A stretch of 64,000 nt of DNA. Origin: Eledone cirrhosa. Taxonomy: Eukaryota. This document shows positions 1-12,532 of this stretch, piece by piece; within the stretch, counting starts at the first letter, position 1, and the number at the start of each line of letters is the position of its first letter. The notes below the pieces were generated by a model that searched no databases, was not told the origin of the DNA, and saw nothing but the letters and a program-made list of their open reading frames with translations. The DNA is taken from contig OZ024742.1 in the NCBI GenBank assembly GCA_964016885.1, positions 318,432,001 through 318,496,000 on the forward strand. The letters run 5' to 3'. The translations under genes and the position numbers were made by a program.

Positions 1-335
1 TCACATGAGTACTACACAGGAACATTGAGTACTACACAGACACATTGTATACTCCATAGTCACATTGAATACTCCATAATCACATCAGTACTACACAGGC
101 ACACTGAGTACTCCATAGTCACATGAGTACTACACAGACACATTGAGTACTTCACAGACACATTGAATACTCCACAGGCACACTGAGTACTCCAGTCACA
201 TTGAGTACTCCAGTCACATTGAGTACTCCACAGTCACATTGAGTACTCCATAGTCACATTGAGTACTCAACAGACACACTGAGTACTTCACCAATATATT
301 GAGTACTGCAGAGACACATGAGTACTCCAGACATA
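1..335. repeat. Minisatellite of ~19-21 bp unit (CACATTGAGTACTCCATAGT-like), running off the window start
   Basis: About 16 degenerate units centred on the palindrome GAGTACTC/GAGTACTA. It continues into SINE sequence at 330-420. Confidence 0.9.
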
Positions 336-705
336 TGTACCTTTAATATAATTTTTCAGGCCAAATCAGCATATCACTGCGATAAGGTTAGCCCGTTCTT
401 TCAATTATAAGTACAATTTCGAAAGACAGGGAGAAATAGATAAGAATCAACTCCAGGACTTGATTGGTCCCCAAAACATGAAATGCTAAGTTAACCTCAG
501 TGGGATTTGAACTCAGTGTGGAGAGAGCTGGAACAAATATTGCATGAGCTATCTGACACTATAACAACTCTACTAATTCTTCACTTTTTTAATATTAGGG
601 GGATGACAAAGTTGCCACAAAAGGCCAAACTCATATTTTTAAACTATGAAATTCCTCTGGAGTTGACTTCATCTTTTATCATTTCAGTACTAATAAAATA
701 AGTAC

Positions 706-759
706 CTGTAATATTCTGGACACCAGTCAAACGTCAATATTGATTTAACTCTTAACATC
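706..759 (-). CDS. Candidate internal exon (54 nt, phase 2-2; xMLRVKSILTFDWCPEYYR) of an unidentified minus-strand transcript
   Basis: Minus strand reads T-rich tract ...ttttctgctaaatcattacag|GATGTT...TTACAG|gtactt. Only one frame is open. No homology recognised. Confidence 0.3.
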
Positions 760-2340
760 CTGTAATGATTTAGCAGAAAATGTTAAAAAAATCAAAACAA
801 GTTTGTGAATTAAAATGTTTATAGTATCTTTACTAATAGACAGAAAACTCCTCTGGAAAATTACATAAAGAGTAAATACTTTAATCTTTAATGTCTTACA
901 GTCATAGTACTGTTATATGCTTTTCAAAACTGTGTTACTGATGTGATTTCTTGTACTACATTTAACAAAAAAAATTCTGATAAGGGTTAAAATCATAAAA
1001 ACTTTGTAAGGTGCTGTCATCATCACTGATCAAAAGAAAATACCTTTAGTTAACGATGCCCAGCCATGACCATCCCCCCTTTTCCTTAGACATTGTGTTT
1101 GTCTAGAACTATATTATGCTTGGTTTCTTTCATTTCTTTCTTTCACCATAAAAGTTGTGATTTTAGGAAGATTTCCTTGCTATTTCTAGCAGTTTGAATG
1201 ACCCTCAGTAGTAAAGTAAGATTAGATGGGGGGGGGGGGGTTGTTCTTTTTCTGTTTTTTTTTTCAGTATCGCCTTTCTAGAGTCAAATTACATTCAGAA
1301 TAACTTTTACTTTTATTTCATTTTCTGTTTCTTTTGTGGAAAGAGGGCGTTATGGATGTTTCAATAAATTTATGGCCAATTAACTCCCAAAATACTTGAG
1401 GTATTTAGGTACATCCCTTTGATTTCTAAGTTCAAATCCCACCCAAGTTTACTTTTCACCAATAAAATATATACTGCTGCCAATATAATCAACTATACCC
1501 TAGAATGCAGTGCTCCAGCATGGCCACACACCAGTGATGAAAGCAGTAAAAGAATGGAAGACTACTGCAATGGATATAAACATTCTGAAAGAAATATTAA
1601 CCCTTTTGTTACTATAGGGTTCAAATCATTTTGTAAATAATCAAGAATTTGGAGAGATTTAGTAATATAATTAACATTCTCATTTAATCCATTAACATTT
1701 AAACCAGCCATGTCTGGCCAGAATTCTCTCATCTCTTTCTGTTTAAACCGGTCATAACTGGCTGCTCTTAATATCAAAATGTTGTAGATTCGATATTCTG
1801 TGAAATAATTATGTGAAATAAAGTTTTTACCGTGAAATTTCAGTAGTAAATATAAAGCAATGTAAATGCTAAAGGGTTTAATCTGGTGTTTGAAACATAA
1901 ATTAACAAAGATTCTTACAAAAAATGATGATAGGTTTTTAGATAAATATGAACAGTTATATATCATAGAAACTGGAATGATTTCAAATGGTTTGGTATCA
2001 AAAGGCTTAAGCAGTACTCAACAATGAATTTCCTTTTAAATCTAAATCATAACCCATAATGCTAGCATGGAAAATGGACATTAAACGATGATGATGATAA
2101 TTGAACAGTTAACTTCTGTAATTTTGCATTTAATATTTTGAAACTCAAAGACCATATGAGAACTGTTGTAGTTTGGGTACTCATAAGTTGATTTAAGTGT
2201 ATTTATAGTATACCTTTTAATAAAATACTTACTAAGTACTACTTCAAATTAGTTAATGAATGTCTATTTTCTGCTATTTTGGTCAAATTGTCTGTACAAC
2301 TTGTGTTGTGTGGCTACAACCTCAACTTACATTTATTTAA

Positions 2341-2561
2341 CCCTTTAATGTTCAAACCGGCCAAAATCGGCTAGAATTCTCTACATCTTTCTGTTGAAAC
2401 TGGCTGTAACTGGCCACTCAAACTGATGTTAAGGTATTGTTCTCAAAATAAATACTTGCAAAATCTCATAGATTCGATATTAAGTCAGATAATTATGTGA
2501 GGTAAAAGCCTTTACCATGAAAATATAATAGTATATATAGAGTAATGTGAATACTAAAGGG
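2341..2561. mobile_element. piggyBac-type MITE (~200-220 bp family)
   Basis: TTAA|CCCTTT...AAAGGG|TTAA termini with TTAA target duplication. Related copies at ~1688-1876, 19545-19748, 23084-23283, 24438-24652, 26211-27141, 38021-38195, 39052-39259 and 60515-60729. Confidence 0.8.
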
Positions 2562-2999
2562 TTAAATGAGCATATGCTAAAAATCTTATGGGTTGAGCTA
2601 CCAGTCACCCTATCACTTGCAAACTGCCTCCATGACCAGATATCTACTCTTACACTCTCTCTCCTCCCTTCTCAGGCTGCTCCCACAACCCAACACCTAG
2701 CCTGACTCTCTTTCACTTCCTAAATGATTTCTCATCACTGAGCTGCCAGTCATCCTGTCCCTTGCCACAACCTGGCACTCCTGAATGATGAAGCTCTGAC
2801 TCCCCCACAACTACCCATGACACCTACTCTTGCTTTCCCTCTCTTTTCCTGCTGTTGTTCTCACAGTGCTAGCCCTTCTATACACATATCTTTTCCATTC
2901 TCATCTCTACCCCTCTACCCTCTATGTCCACCCGAGGACACAATGACTGCACTAGTGTTAATGCCACTCTGGAATGCACCAGTGCATCATGTATGTGTG

Positions 3000-3420
3000 G
3001 CACTGGTGCCATGGTAAAAAGCTCTCATTCCACTCTGTAAATTGGTAGTGTTGTGCTGAAATAAAATGCACCCAGCCCACACAGTAAAGTGGTAATGCTG
3101 GTGCCGAGATTAAATACACCCATCCCACTCTGTAAAGAGGTATACTTGTGCGGAGATAAAATACATCCAGCCCACTTTGTAAAATGGTAGTGCTGGTGCC
3201 GAGATAAAATGCACCTAGCTCACTCTGTAAAGTGGTCATGTTGGTGCCACAATAAAAACATATTGTAAAATAGTTGCCATTAAGAATAGCATCCAACTGT
3301 AGAAACCATGCCAAACTGGAATGTATGAGCAAGATGTGTTCATTTGACCTGAGCAGCCTCAGAACATAACAACCCATCCAACTCATATTTGTGTGGAACA
3401 TGGACATAAAATGAAGAAGA
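3000..3420 (+). repeat. RTE-tail-derived element with a ~50-bp module repeated ~5-6 times in tandem
   Basis: Repeated TGGTGCCGAGATAAAATGCACCCAGCCCACTCTGTAAAGTGG, followed by the GCATCCAACTGTAGAAA...GGACATAAAATG RTE-type 3' end. Confidence 0.75.
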
Positions 3421-3662
3421 TAATTAGTAGTAAGTGGTAACTGAGTGTTTACCATTTTGATACCAAACCACCTTAAATTTTATGATACAAGACCATGTAT
3501 TTTAAAATGTTTATATTTATCTATAAAAATTTCCATCATAACGTTATTCAGAAACTCATGTTTCATTGGCTACTGAGATGACCTTGACATGACATGATCA
3601 CAGCTGTATACACCCCTATTATGAACCACACTATATTAGTGCTACTGCTAATATATATATAT

Positions 3663-6027
3663 AGGCATGGAAAGTATGGCGGGATGGGGGAAGTAGAGAA
3701 GGGAAGCTAGGAGACAAGTGTACTTCGCAAGAAGGGAAGCAGAGGAAAGAAAGTTCAAGCATGTTCTACAACGCGAGGACCAAAAACATGAGGTGTTCAG
3801 GATTGCTAGGCAATGTGTCAAGGAAAACCGTGATATTGTCGGGGAGAAGTGTGTACTTAATGATGATGGTGTACTTGCCATCACTGACACTGATAAGAAG
3901 GTAGCTTGGAAGTGTCACTACGAAAGGCTACTAAATGAGGAGAATAAATGGGAGAAAGACAGTCTCCCCCTCATCGACCCAATAGAGGGACCAGCAGTGT
4001 TAGTCGAAGGTAGTATAATAAGTAAGGCAATCAAAGATATGAAGACAGGTAAGGCGGCTGGGCCTTCGGAAATAGTTGCTGAGATGCTGAAAGCCTCTGG
4101 AACGGTGGGACACACCATGGTCACCTGGATAGTAAACCAAGTCATACAGAATGGTGTTGTTCCGAAGGACTGGTGTAGCAGCATCATCATTAATTGCTAC
4201 AAGGGTAAAGGAGACGCCCTAGATAGGAGTAACTATAGAGGCATTAAATTAATCGACCAGGTCATGAAGGTCACGGAAAAAGTAATAGCGCAACTAATCA
4301 GAGAGAGAATTGATCTAGATGAAATGCAGTTCGGGTTTGTGTCAGGCAAAAGTACCACAGACGCCCTTTTCATTGTACGACAACTACAGGAGAAGTACCT
4401 AGCTAAAAGTAAACCCCTATACTTAGCTTTTGTCGACTTGGAGAAAGCCTTCGACAGAGTCCCCCGTTCCATTATCTGGTCGGCTCTTAGAAAACTAGGT
4501 GTTGATGAATGGCTTGTGAGAGCTATACAAGCCATGTATAAAGAAACAGTCAGCAAGGTTAGAATTAACAATGAATATAGTGAAGAGTTTAGCGTAAAAG
4601 TTGGTGTTCATCAGGGCTCTGTTCTTAGCCCCCTACTATTTATTATTGCCCTTCAGGCTATAACAGTGGAGTTCAAGACCGGCTGCCCATGGGAACTCCT
4701 ATACGCAGATGATCTAACGCTCATAGCTGAATCAATGGCCGAGCTAGAGAAGAAATTCCAAACATGGAAGCACGGCCTAGAATCAAAAGGCTTTAAAATT
4801 AACCTGGCTAAGACTAAAGTTCTAGTTTGTAGGAAAGAAAATAAGGCGGCGGTCCCTTCCGGGAAATGGCCATGCTCAGTGTGTAGGAAAGGAGTAGGCA
4901 GAAACTCCATTTTATGTCCCAAATGCAAAGTATGGGTGCATAAAAGATGTAGTCGGATCACAGGTAAGCTAACTAAGAACATAGATTTTACATGTGACCG
5001 GTGCTCTGGTGCAATAAGTAGCAGCAAGTGCCTACAGAATACTAGCTCATTCCATTGCATAGATGGTTCTATAGAAATAGTGGACACCTTCCGTTACCTG
5101 GGTGACAAAATCAGCAGTGGTGGAGGGTGCTCTGAAAGTACAGTAGCTAGAGTCAGAACTGGATGGAAAAAGTTCAGAGAGCTTATACCACTATTAGCCG
5201 CTAAAGGGTTCTCTCTAAAAACGAAAGGCAGGTTGTATGATGCCTGCATATGAACAGCAATGTTGCATGGCAGTGAGACCTGGGCATTGTGTGCAGAGGA
5301 TATACGCAGACTAGAGAGGAACGAAGCTTGCATGCTCCGCTGGATGTGTAATAGTAATATACGTGAACGGCAAAGCATAAACGAACTAAGGGAAAAATTA
5401 GAAATAAGAGGGATCAGATGTTGTTTACTCGAGAGAAGGCTACGTTGGTATGGCCACGTGATGCGCATGAAAGACGACAGCTGTATAAAAACGTGCAGGG
5501 CGATAAAAATAGACGGTAGCCACGGAGTAGGCAGACCCAGAAAAACCTGGGACGACTTGATAAATTCCGACCTCACACACTTACACCTCTCCAAGACAAT
5601 GTCACTGGACCGAGATCTTTGGCGCTACGCAGTAATAGAGAAGACCCGCCTTACCTAAATACAAAGTAAAACCTACTACAGTCAGTAGGCATCTCTAACA
5701 AAATACACCCCCGTCACACCATCCCCACCCCATCCACGCCGCCCCTTTCAATGTAAAGTTATGTTGGTGCTACAACATCCAGGCCAAAATAAATGAGATC
5801 GTGTAGGTGTCACGACAAAAAAACACACAGTCCACGCTGTAATGTGGCCGTGTAGGCAACACGGTAAAAACCTCCCAGTCCCACACTGTAAATGTGGTTG
5901 GTGTTAGGAAGGGCATTCAGCTGTAGAAAACCCGCAAGACAACCACTCTTGCCTCAAGTGGGAAAACTCCCGTCCAAACCCATGCAAGCGTGGAACACGG
6001 ACGTTAAACGATGATGATGATGATGAT
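3663..6027 (+). mobile_element. RTE-clade LINE, 5'-truncated (copy 1); RT ORF interrupted by a CGA>TGA stop at 5251-5253
   Basis: RT motifs FVDLEKAFDRV, GVHQGSVLSP, YADD, FRYLG; RTE C-terminus RRLRWYGHV...GRPRKTW; 3' UTR ending in (GAT)n; no endonuclease. Confidence 0.95.
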
Positions 6028-6054
6028 ATATATATATATATATAATGTGTGTGT

Positions 6055-6265
6055 ATAAATCAGGATGGATTCAGTTTGAAACTGGTTAGATCATTACTCA
6101 ACAGAGTTCTTAATACTTGGGGTAATAGAGTATGGTTATATTATAAAGAATCGGGACCCCGGTAGCTGAGCTCTTGCCATCTCAACCAACAGCTAGTTCG
6201 AGCCTGGAACTAGCTGTTGAAATGGCAAGAGCTCAGCCGTTGGCGTCCCGCCTCTTTATAATAAA
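6055..6265. repeat. Short TA-embedded element ending in a long fold-back palindrome
   Basis: Arms GCTGAGCTCTTGCCAT..CAACAGCTAGTTC / GAACTAGCTGTTG..ATGGCAAGAGCTCAGC. A second, one-armed copy lies at ~16243-16360. Confidence 0.75.
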
Positions 6266-6423
6266 TATATATATATATATATATTAGAAAGTGAGGTTTT
6301 TTTTTACAAAATGAAAAATAACCGAGGTGTCCTACACGAGTGAAAGTATAAAGAAAAACAGATGAAATCAAAAATGCAACAGGAGTCTTATTTTTAAAAA
6401 AAATATATTTATTTATTTCGTTC

Positions 6424-6464
6424 CTTTACCGGTTTCGCAGTTCTTCTGCTTTTCAAAAGTAGAG
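6424..6464 (-). ncRNA. Decayed minimal type I hammerhead ribozyme motif (Penelope-like repeat remnant)
   Basis: Minus strand CTT-TTGAAAA-GCAG-aagaa-CTGC-GAAA-CCGG-TA-AAG. Stem II and the palindromic stem III (ACCGGT) are intact; the CUGANGA core is mutated. Confidence 0.5.
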
Positions 6465-6734
6465 TTGAGATGGAGAGTCTGTGGTTTTTCTCACATTCTC
6501 TCTCTCTCTCTCTCTCAAAATACATAGCTATAGATGCCCATGCAGCTATAAGCAGAGAAAAGGCAGGCTCCATTGAAGAGTAAAGTTGTAATCTTTCACA
6601 TGTATAATTCCCTTTGATTTAATCACATCCTCTATGTTAACCAATTTATCACACAAGTCACCTATGATACAACTTTTAACATCTGTCAGCTTATTCACTT
6701 TAGATCACTCTACTCACTGGTCATATTTATTATG

Positions 6735-7411
6735 CTCTCACCTCTCTCCCCGCTCTCTCTCTCTCCCTTCTCTCACCTCTCTCTTTCTCTCCCTCTCTCT
6801 TCTCTCACCTCTCTCTCTCTCCTCTTTCTCACCTCTCTCTCTCCTCTCTCTCACCTCTCTCACCTGTGTCTCTCTCCTTTCTCTCACCTCTATCTCTCTT
6901 TCTCTCACCTCTCCTCTCTCACCTCTTTCTCTCTCTCACCTCTATCTCTCTTTCTCTCACCTCTCCTCTCTCACCTCTTTCTCTCTCTCCTCTCTCTCTC
7001 TCACCTCTCTCTCACCTTTGTCTCACTCTCTCCTTTCTCTCAACTCTATCTCTCTTTCTCTCTCACCTCTTTCTCTCTCTCTCCTCTTTCTCTCTCTCTC
7101 TCCTCTTTCTCTCTCTCTCTCCTCTCTCTCACCTCTTTCTCTCTCTCCTTCCTCTCTCTCTCATCTCTATTTCTCTCCTCTCTCCTCCTACCTATCTTCC
7201 TCCCTCTCTCCTCTCTCCATCTACTTCTCCCCCCTCTCTCCCTTCCCACACTCCATCTACCTCTCTGCATCTACTCCCCTTCCCCTCTCTCCACCTATCT
7301 ATTTCTTCCTCCCTCCCCACTCTCCATCTACCTACCTTCCTACTCCCCATCTACCGTCTCTCCACCTATCCTTCTCTTTCCCTCCTTCCCCCCTCTCCAC
7401 CCCCCTCTCTC
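6735..7411. repeat. Polypyrimidine (CT)n/CTCAC low-complexity tract
   Basis: About 680 bp of almost only C and T on the + strand. It explains the S/L/P-rich ORFs. Confidence 0.95.
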
Positions 7412-7519
7412 AGTCTTACTATAATGTAAGGCCAGTTTGACAGGATCATTTCAGTTTGCAATATTAATAGAAAATATAGCTGCTTGTGAAACATATCAGT
7501 CTCTCCCCATCTCTATGAG

Positions 7520-7565
<46 letters not shown>

Positions 7566-7612
7566 ATGTGTATTTATATATATATATATATATGTGTGTG
7601 TGTATGTGTATT

Positions 7613-7643
<31 letters not shown>

Positions 7644-7762
7644 ATGTGAATTTATATATATATATGTGTGTGTATGTGTATTTATATATATATATATATA
7701 TATGTGTGTATATATATATATATATATGTATGTGTATATATATATATATATATATGTATGTG

Positions 7763-7817
<55 letters not shown>

Positions 7818-8000
7818 GTGTGTATGTGTATTTATATATATATATATGTATGTGTATTTATATATATATATATATGTATGTGTATTTATATATATATATA
7901 TATGTATGTGTATTTATATATATATATATATGTATGTGTATTTATATATATATATATGTATGTGTATTTATATATATATATATATATGTGTGTATGTGTA
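7520..8000. repeat. Compound (TA)n/(TG)n microsatellite
   Basis: TGTGTATGTGTATTTATATATA units. The same array resumes at 10490-10685 and 12455-12925. Confidence 0.95.
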
Positions 8001-10475
8001 TCATCATCATCATCATCATCAACGTTTAACGTCCGTGTTCCACGCTTGCATGGGTTTGGACGGGGGTAGTCCCACTTGAGGCAAGAGTGATTGTCTTGCT
8101 CGCATAGGACTGTCTGGCAGGTTTTCTACAGTTGGATGCCCTTCCTAACACCAACCACATTTACAGTGTGGGTCTGGGAGGTTTTTACCGTGTTGCCTAC
8201 ACGGCCACATTACAGCGTGGACTGTGTGTTTTTTTGTCGTGACACCTACACGATCTCATTTGTTTCGGCCTCGATGGCGCGGCACCAACATAACTTTACA
8301 TAGAACGGGGTGGTGTGGATCGGGTGGGGGTGGGGGTGGTGGGACGGGGTGTATTTTGTTAGAGATGCCTACTGGCTGGAGTAGGTTTTACTTTGTATTT
8401 AGGTAAGGCGGGTCTTCTCTATTACTGAGTACCGCCAAAGATCTCGGTCCAGTGACATTGTCTTGGAGAGGTGTAAGTGTGTGATGTCGGAGTTTATCAG
8501 CTCGTCCCAGGTTTTTCTAGGTCTGCCTATTCCGTGACTACCGTCTATCTTTATTGCCCTGCACTTTGTTATACAGCTATCGACTTTCATGCGCATCACG
8601 TGTCCATACCAACGTAGCCTTCTCTCGAGTAAACAACATCTGATCCCTCTTATCTCTAATTTTTTCCTTAGTTCGTTTATGCTTTGCCGTTCACGTATAT
8701 TACTGTTACACATCCAGCGGAGCATGCAAGCTTCGTTCCTCTCTAGTCTGCGTATATCCTCTGCACACAATGCCCAGGTCTCACTGCCATGCAGCATTGC
8801 TGTTCGTATGCAGGCATCGTACAACCTGCCTTTCATTTTTAGTGAGAACCCTTTAGCAGCTAATAGTGGTATAAGCTCTCTGAACTTTTTCCAACCAGTT
8901 CTGACTCTAGCTACAGTACTTTCAGAGCACCCTCCCCCACTGCTGATTTTATCGCCCAGGTAACGGAAGCTGTCCACTATTTCTATAGAACCCTCTGCGC
9001 AATTGAAAGAGCTAGTAGTTTGTGGGCACTTGCTGCTACTTATTGCACCAGAGCACCGGCCACATGTAAAATCTATGTTCTTAGTTAGCTTACCTGTGAT
9101 CCCACTACATCTTTTATGCACCCATACTTTGCATTTAGGACATAAAATGGAGTTTCTACCTACGCCTTTCCTACACACCGAGCACGACCATTTCCCAGAA
9201 GGGACCGCCGCCTTGTTTTCTTTCCTACAAACTAGTACTTTGGTCTTAGCCAGGTTAATTTTAAGTCCTTTTGACTCTAGGCCGTGCTTCCATGTTTGGA
9301 ATTTCTTCTCTAGCTCGGCCATTGATTCCGCTATGAGTGTCAGGTCGTCTGCGTATAGGAGTTCCCATGGGCAGCATGTCTTGAACTCCTCTGTTATAGC
9401 CTGAAGGGCAATAATAAATAGTAGTGGACTGAGAACAGAGCCCTGATGGACGCCAACTTTTACGCTAAACTCTTCACTATATTCGTTGTTAATTCTAACC
9501 TTGCTGACTGTTTCTTTATACATGGCTTGTATAGCCCTCACAAGCCATTCGTCAACGCCTAGTTTTCTAAGAGCCCACCAGATAATGGAGCGGGGGACTC
9601 TGTCGAAGGCTTTCTCCAAGTCGACAAAAGCTAAGTAGAGGGGTTTACCTTTAGCTAGGTACTTCTCCTGTAGTTGTCGTACTATGAAAAGAGCGTCTGT
9701 GGTACTTTTGCCTGACACAAACCCGAACTGCATTTCATCTAGGTCAATTCTCTCTCTGATTAGTTGCGCTATTACTCTTTCCGTGACCTTCATGACCTGG
9801 TCGATTAATTTAATGCCTCTATAGTTACTCCTATCTAGGGCGTCTCCTTTACCCTTATAACAGTTAACGATGATGCTGCTATGCCAGTCCTTCGGAACAA
9901 CCCCATTCTGTACGACTTGGTTAACTATGCGGGTGACCATGGTGTGTCCCACCGTGCCAGATGCCTTCAGCATCTCAGCAACTATTTCCGAAGGCCCAGC
10001 CGCCTTACCAGTCTTCATATCCTTGATTGCCTTACTTATTATACTCCCCTCGACTAACACTGCTGGTCCCTCTATTGGGTCGATATGGGGGAGACTGCCT
10101 TTCTCCCAATTATTCTCCTCATTTAGAAGCCTTTCATAGTGACACTTCCAAGCTACCTTCTTATCAGCGTCGGTGATGGCAAGTGTGCCATCGTCGTTTA
10201 GTACACACTTCTCCCCGACAATATCACGGTTTTCCTTGACGCATTGCCTAGCAATCCTGAACACCTCACGTTTTTGGTCATCGCGTTGTAGAACATGCTT
10301 GAACTTTCTTTCCTCAGCTTCCCTTCTTGCTAAGTACACTTGTCTCCTAGCTTCCCTCCTGGCCACTTGATAGTCCTCTCTACTTCCCCCATCCCGCCAT
10401 ACTTTCCAAGCCTGCTTTTTGGCCTTAATTGACCCCTCCACCTTACTGTTCCACCACCATGTTACTCTCCTCCTG
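8000..10475 (-). mobile_element. RTE-clade LINE, 5'-truncated (copy 2), with an uninterrupted 680-codon RT/C-terminal frame
   Basis: ORF 8399-10441 carries all RT motifs, the PHD insertion and the RTE C-terminus. Tail appears as (ATC)n on the + strand. Confidence 0.95.
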
Positions 10476-10684
10476 GTGGTGGAACAGTAATATATATATA
10501 TATATGTGTGTATGTGTATTTATATATATATATGTGTGTGTATGTGTATTTATATATATATATGTGTGTGTATGTGTATTTATATATATATATATGTGTG
10601 TGTGTGTATGTGTATTTATATATATATATATGTGTGTGTGTATGTGTATTTATATATATATATATATATGTGTGTGTGTATGTG

Positions 10685-12451
10685 TCATCATCATCATCAG
10701 CGTTTAACGTCCGTGTTCCACGCTTGCATGGGTTTGGACGGGGGTTTTCCCACTTGAGGCAAGAGTGATTGTCTTGCTCGCATAGGACTGTCTGGCAGGT
10801 TTTCTACAGTTGGATGCCCTTCCTAACACCAACCACATTTACAGTGTGGGTCTGGGAGGTTTTTACCGTGTTGCCTACACGGCCACATTACAGCGTGGAC
10901 TGTGTATTTTTTTGTCGTGACACCTACACGATCTCATTCATTTCGGCATGGATGGTGTGGCACCAGCATAACTTTACATAGAAGGGGGCGGTGTGGATGG
11001 GGTGGGAGTGGTGGGACAGGGGTGTATTTTGTTAGAGATGCCTACTGACTGTAGTAGGTTTTACTATGTATTTAGGTAAGGCGGGTCTTCTCTATTACTG
11101 AGTACCGCCAAAGTTCTCGGTCCAGTGACATTGTCTTGGAGAGGTGTAAGTGTGTGAGGTCGGAGTTTATCAGCTCGTCCCAGGTTTTTCTAGGTCTGCC
11201 TATTCCGTGGCTACCGTCTATCTTTATTGCCCTGTACTTTGTTATACAGCTATCGACTTTCATGCGCATCACGTGTCCATACCAACGTAGCCTTCTCTCG
11301 AGTAAACAACATCTGATCCCTCTTATTTCTAATTTTTCCCTTAGTTCGTTTATGCTTTGCCGTTCACGTATATTACTATTACACATCCAGCGGAGCATGC
11401 AAGCTTCGTTCCTCTCTAGTCTGCGTATATCCTCTGCACACAATGCCCAGGTCTCACTGCCATGCAACATTGCTGTTCGTATGCAGGCATCATACAACCT
11501 GCCTTTCGTTTTTAGGGAGAACCCTTTAGCGGCTAATAGTGGTATAAGCTCTCTGAACTTTTTCCATCCAGTTCTGACTCTAGCTACTGTACTTTCAGAG
11601 CACCCTCCCCCACTGCTGATTTTGTCACCCAGGTAACGGAAGCTGTCCACTATTTCTATAGAGCCCTCTGTGCAGTTGAAAGAGCTAGTATTTTTTGGGC
11701 ACTTGCTGCTACTTATTGCACCAGAGCACCGGCCACATGTGAAATCTATGTTCTTAGTTAGCTTACCTGTGATCCGACTACATCTTTTATGCACCCATAC
11801 TTTGCATTTCTGACACAAAATGGAGTTTCTACCTACGCACTGAGCATGGCCACTTCCTGGAAGGGACCGCCGCCTTATTTTCTTTCCTACAAACTAGAAC
11901 TTTGGTCTTAGCCAGATTAATTTTAAGGCCTTTTGATTCTAGGCCGTGCTTCCATGTTTGGAATTTCTTCTCTAGCTCAGCCATTGATTCAGCTATGAGT
12001 GTTAGGTCGTCTGCGTATAGGAGTTCCCATGGGCAGCCGGTTTTGAACTCCTCTGTTATAGCCTGAAGGGCAATAATAAATAGTAGGGGGCTAAGAACAG
12101 AGCCCTGATGGACGCCAACTTTTACGCTAAACTCTTCACTATATTCGTTGTTAATTCTAACCTTGCTGACTGTTTCTTTATACATGGCTTGTATAGCTCT
12201 CACAAGCCATTCGTCGACACCTAGTTTTCTAAGGGCCCACCAGATAATGGAACGGGGACTCTGTCGAAGGCTTTCTCCAAGTCGACAAAAGCTAAGTAGA
12301 GGGGTTTACTTTTAGCTAGGTACTTCTCCTGTAGTTGTTGTAGAATGAAAAGAGCGTCTGTGGTACTTTTGCCTGACACAAACCCGAACTGCATTTCATC
12401 TAGGTCAATTCTCTCTCTGATTAGTTGTGCTATTACTTTTCCGTGACCTTT
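10685..12451 (-). mobile_element. RTE-clade LINE, 5'-truncated (copy 3), frameshifted near 11835
   Basis: Near-identical to copy 2. ORFs 11072-11818 and 11829-12203. Confidence 0.95.
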
Positions 12452-12491
12452 TCCGTGTATTTATATATATATATATATGTGTGTGTATGTG

Positions 12492-12532
<41 letters not shown>

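Noticed and set aside
7437-8079. YI/CV-repeat ORFs (also at 10.5, 12.4-13.0 and 15.8 kb)
   Set aside because: They are dinucleotide microsatellite translations.
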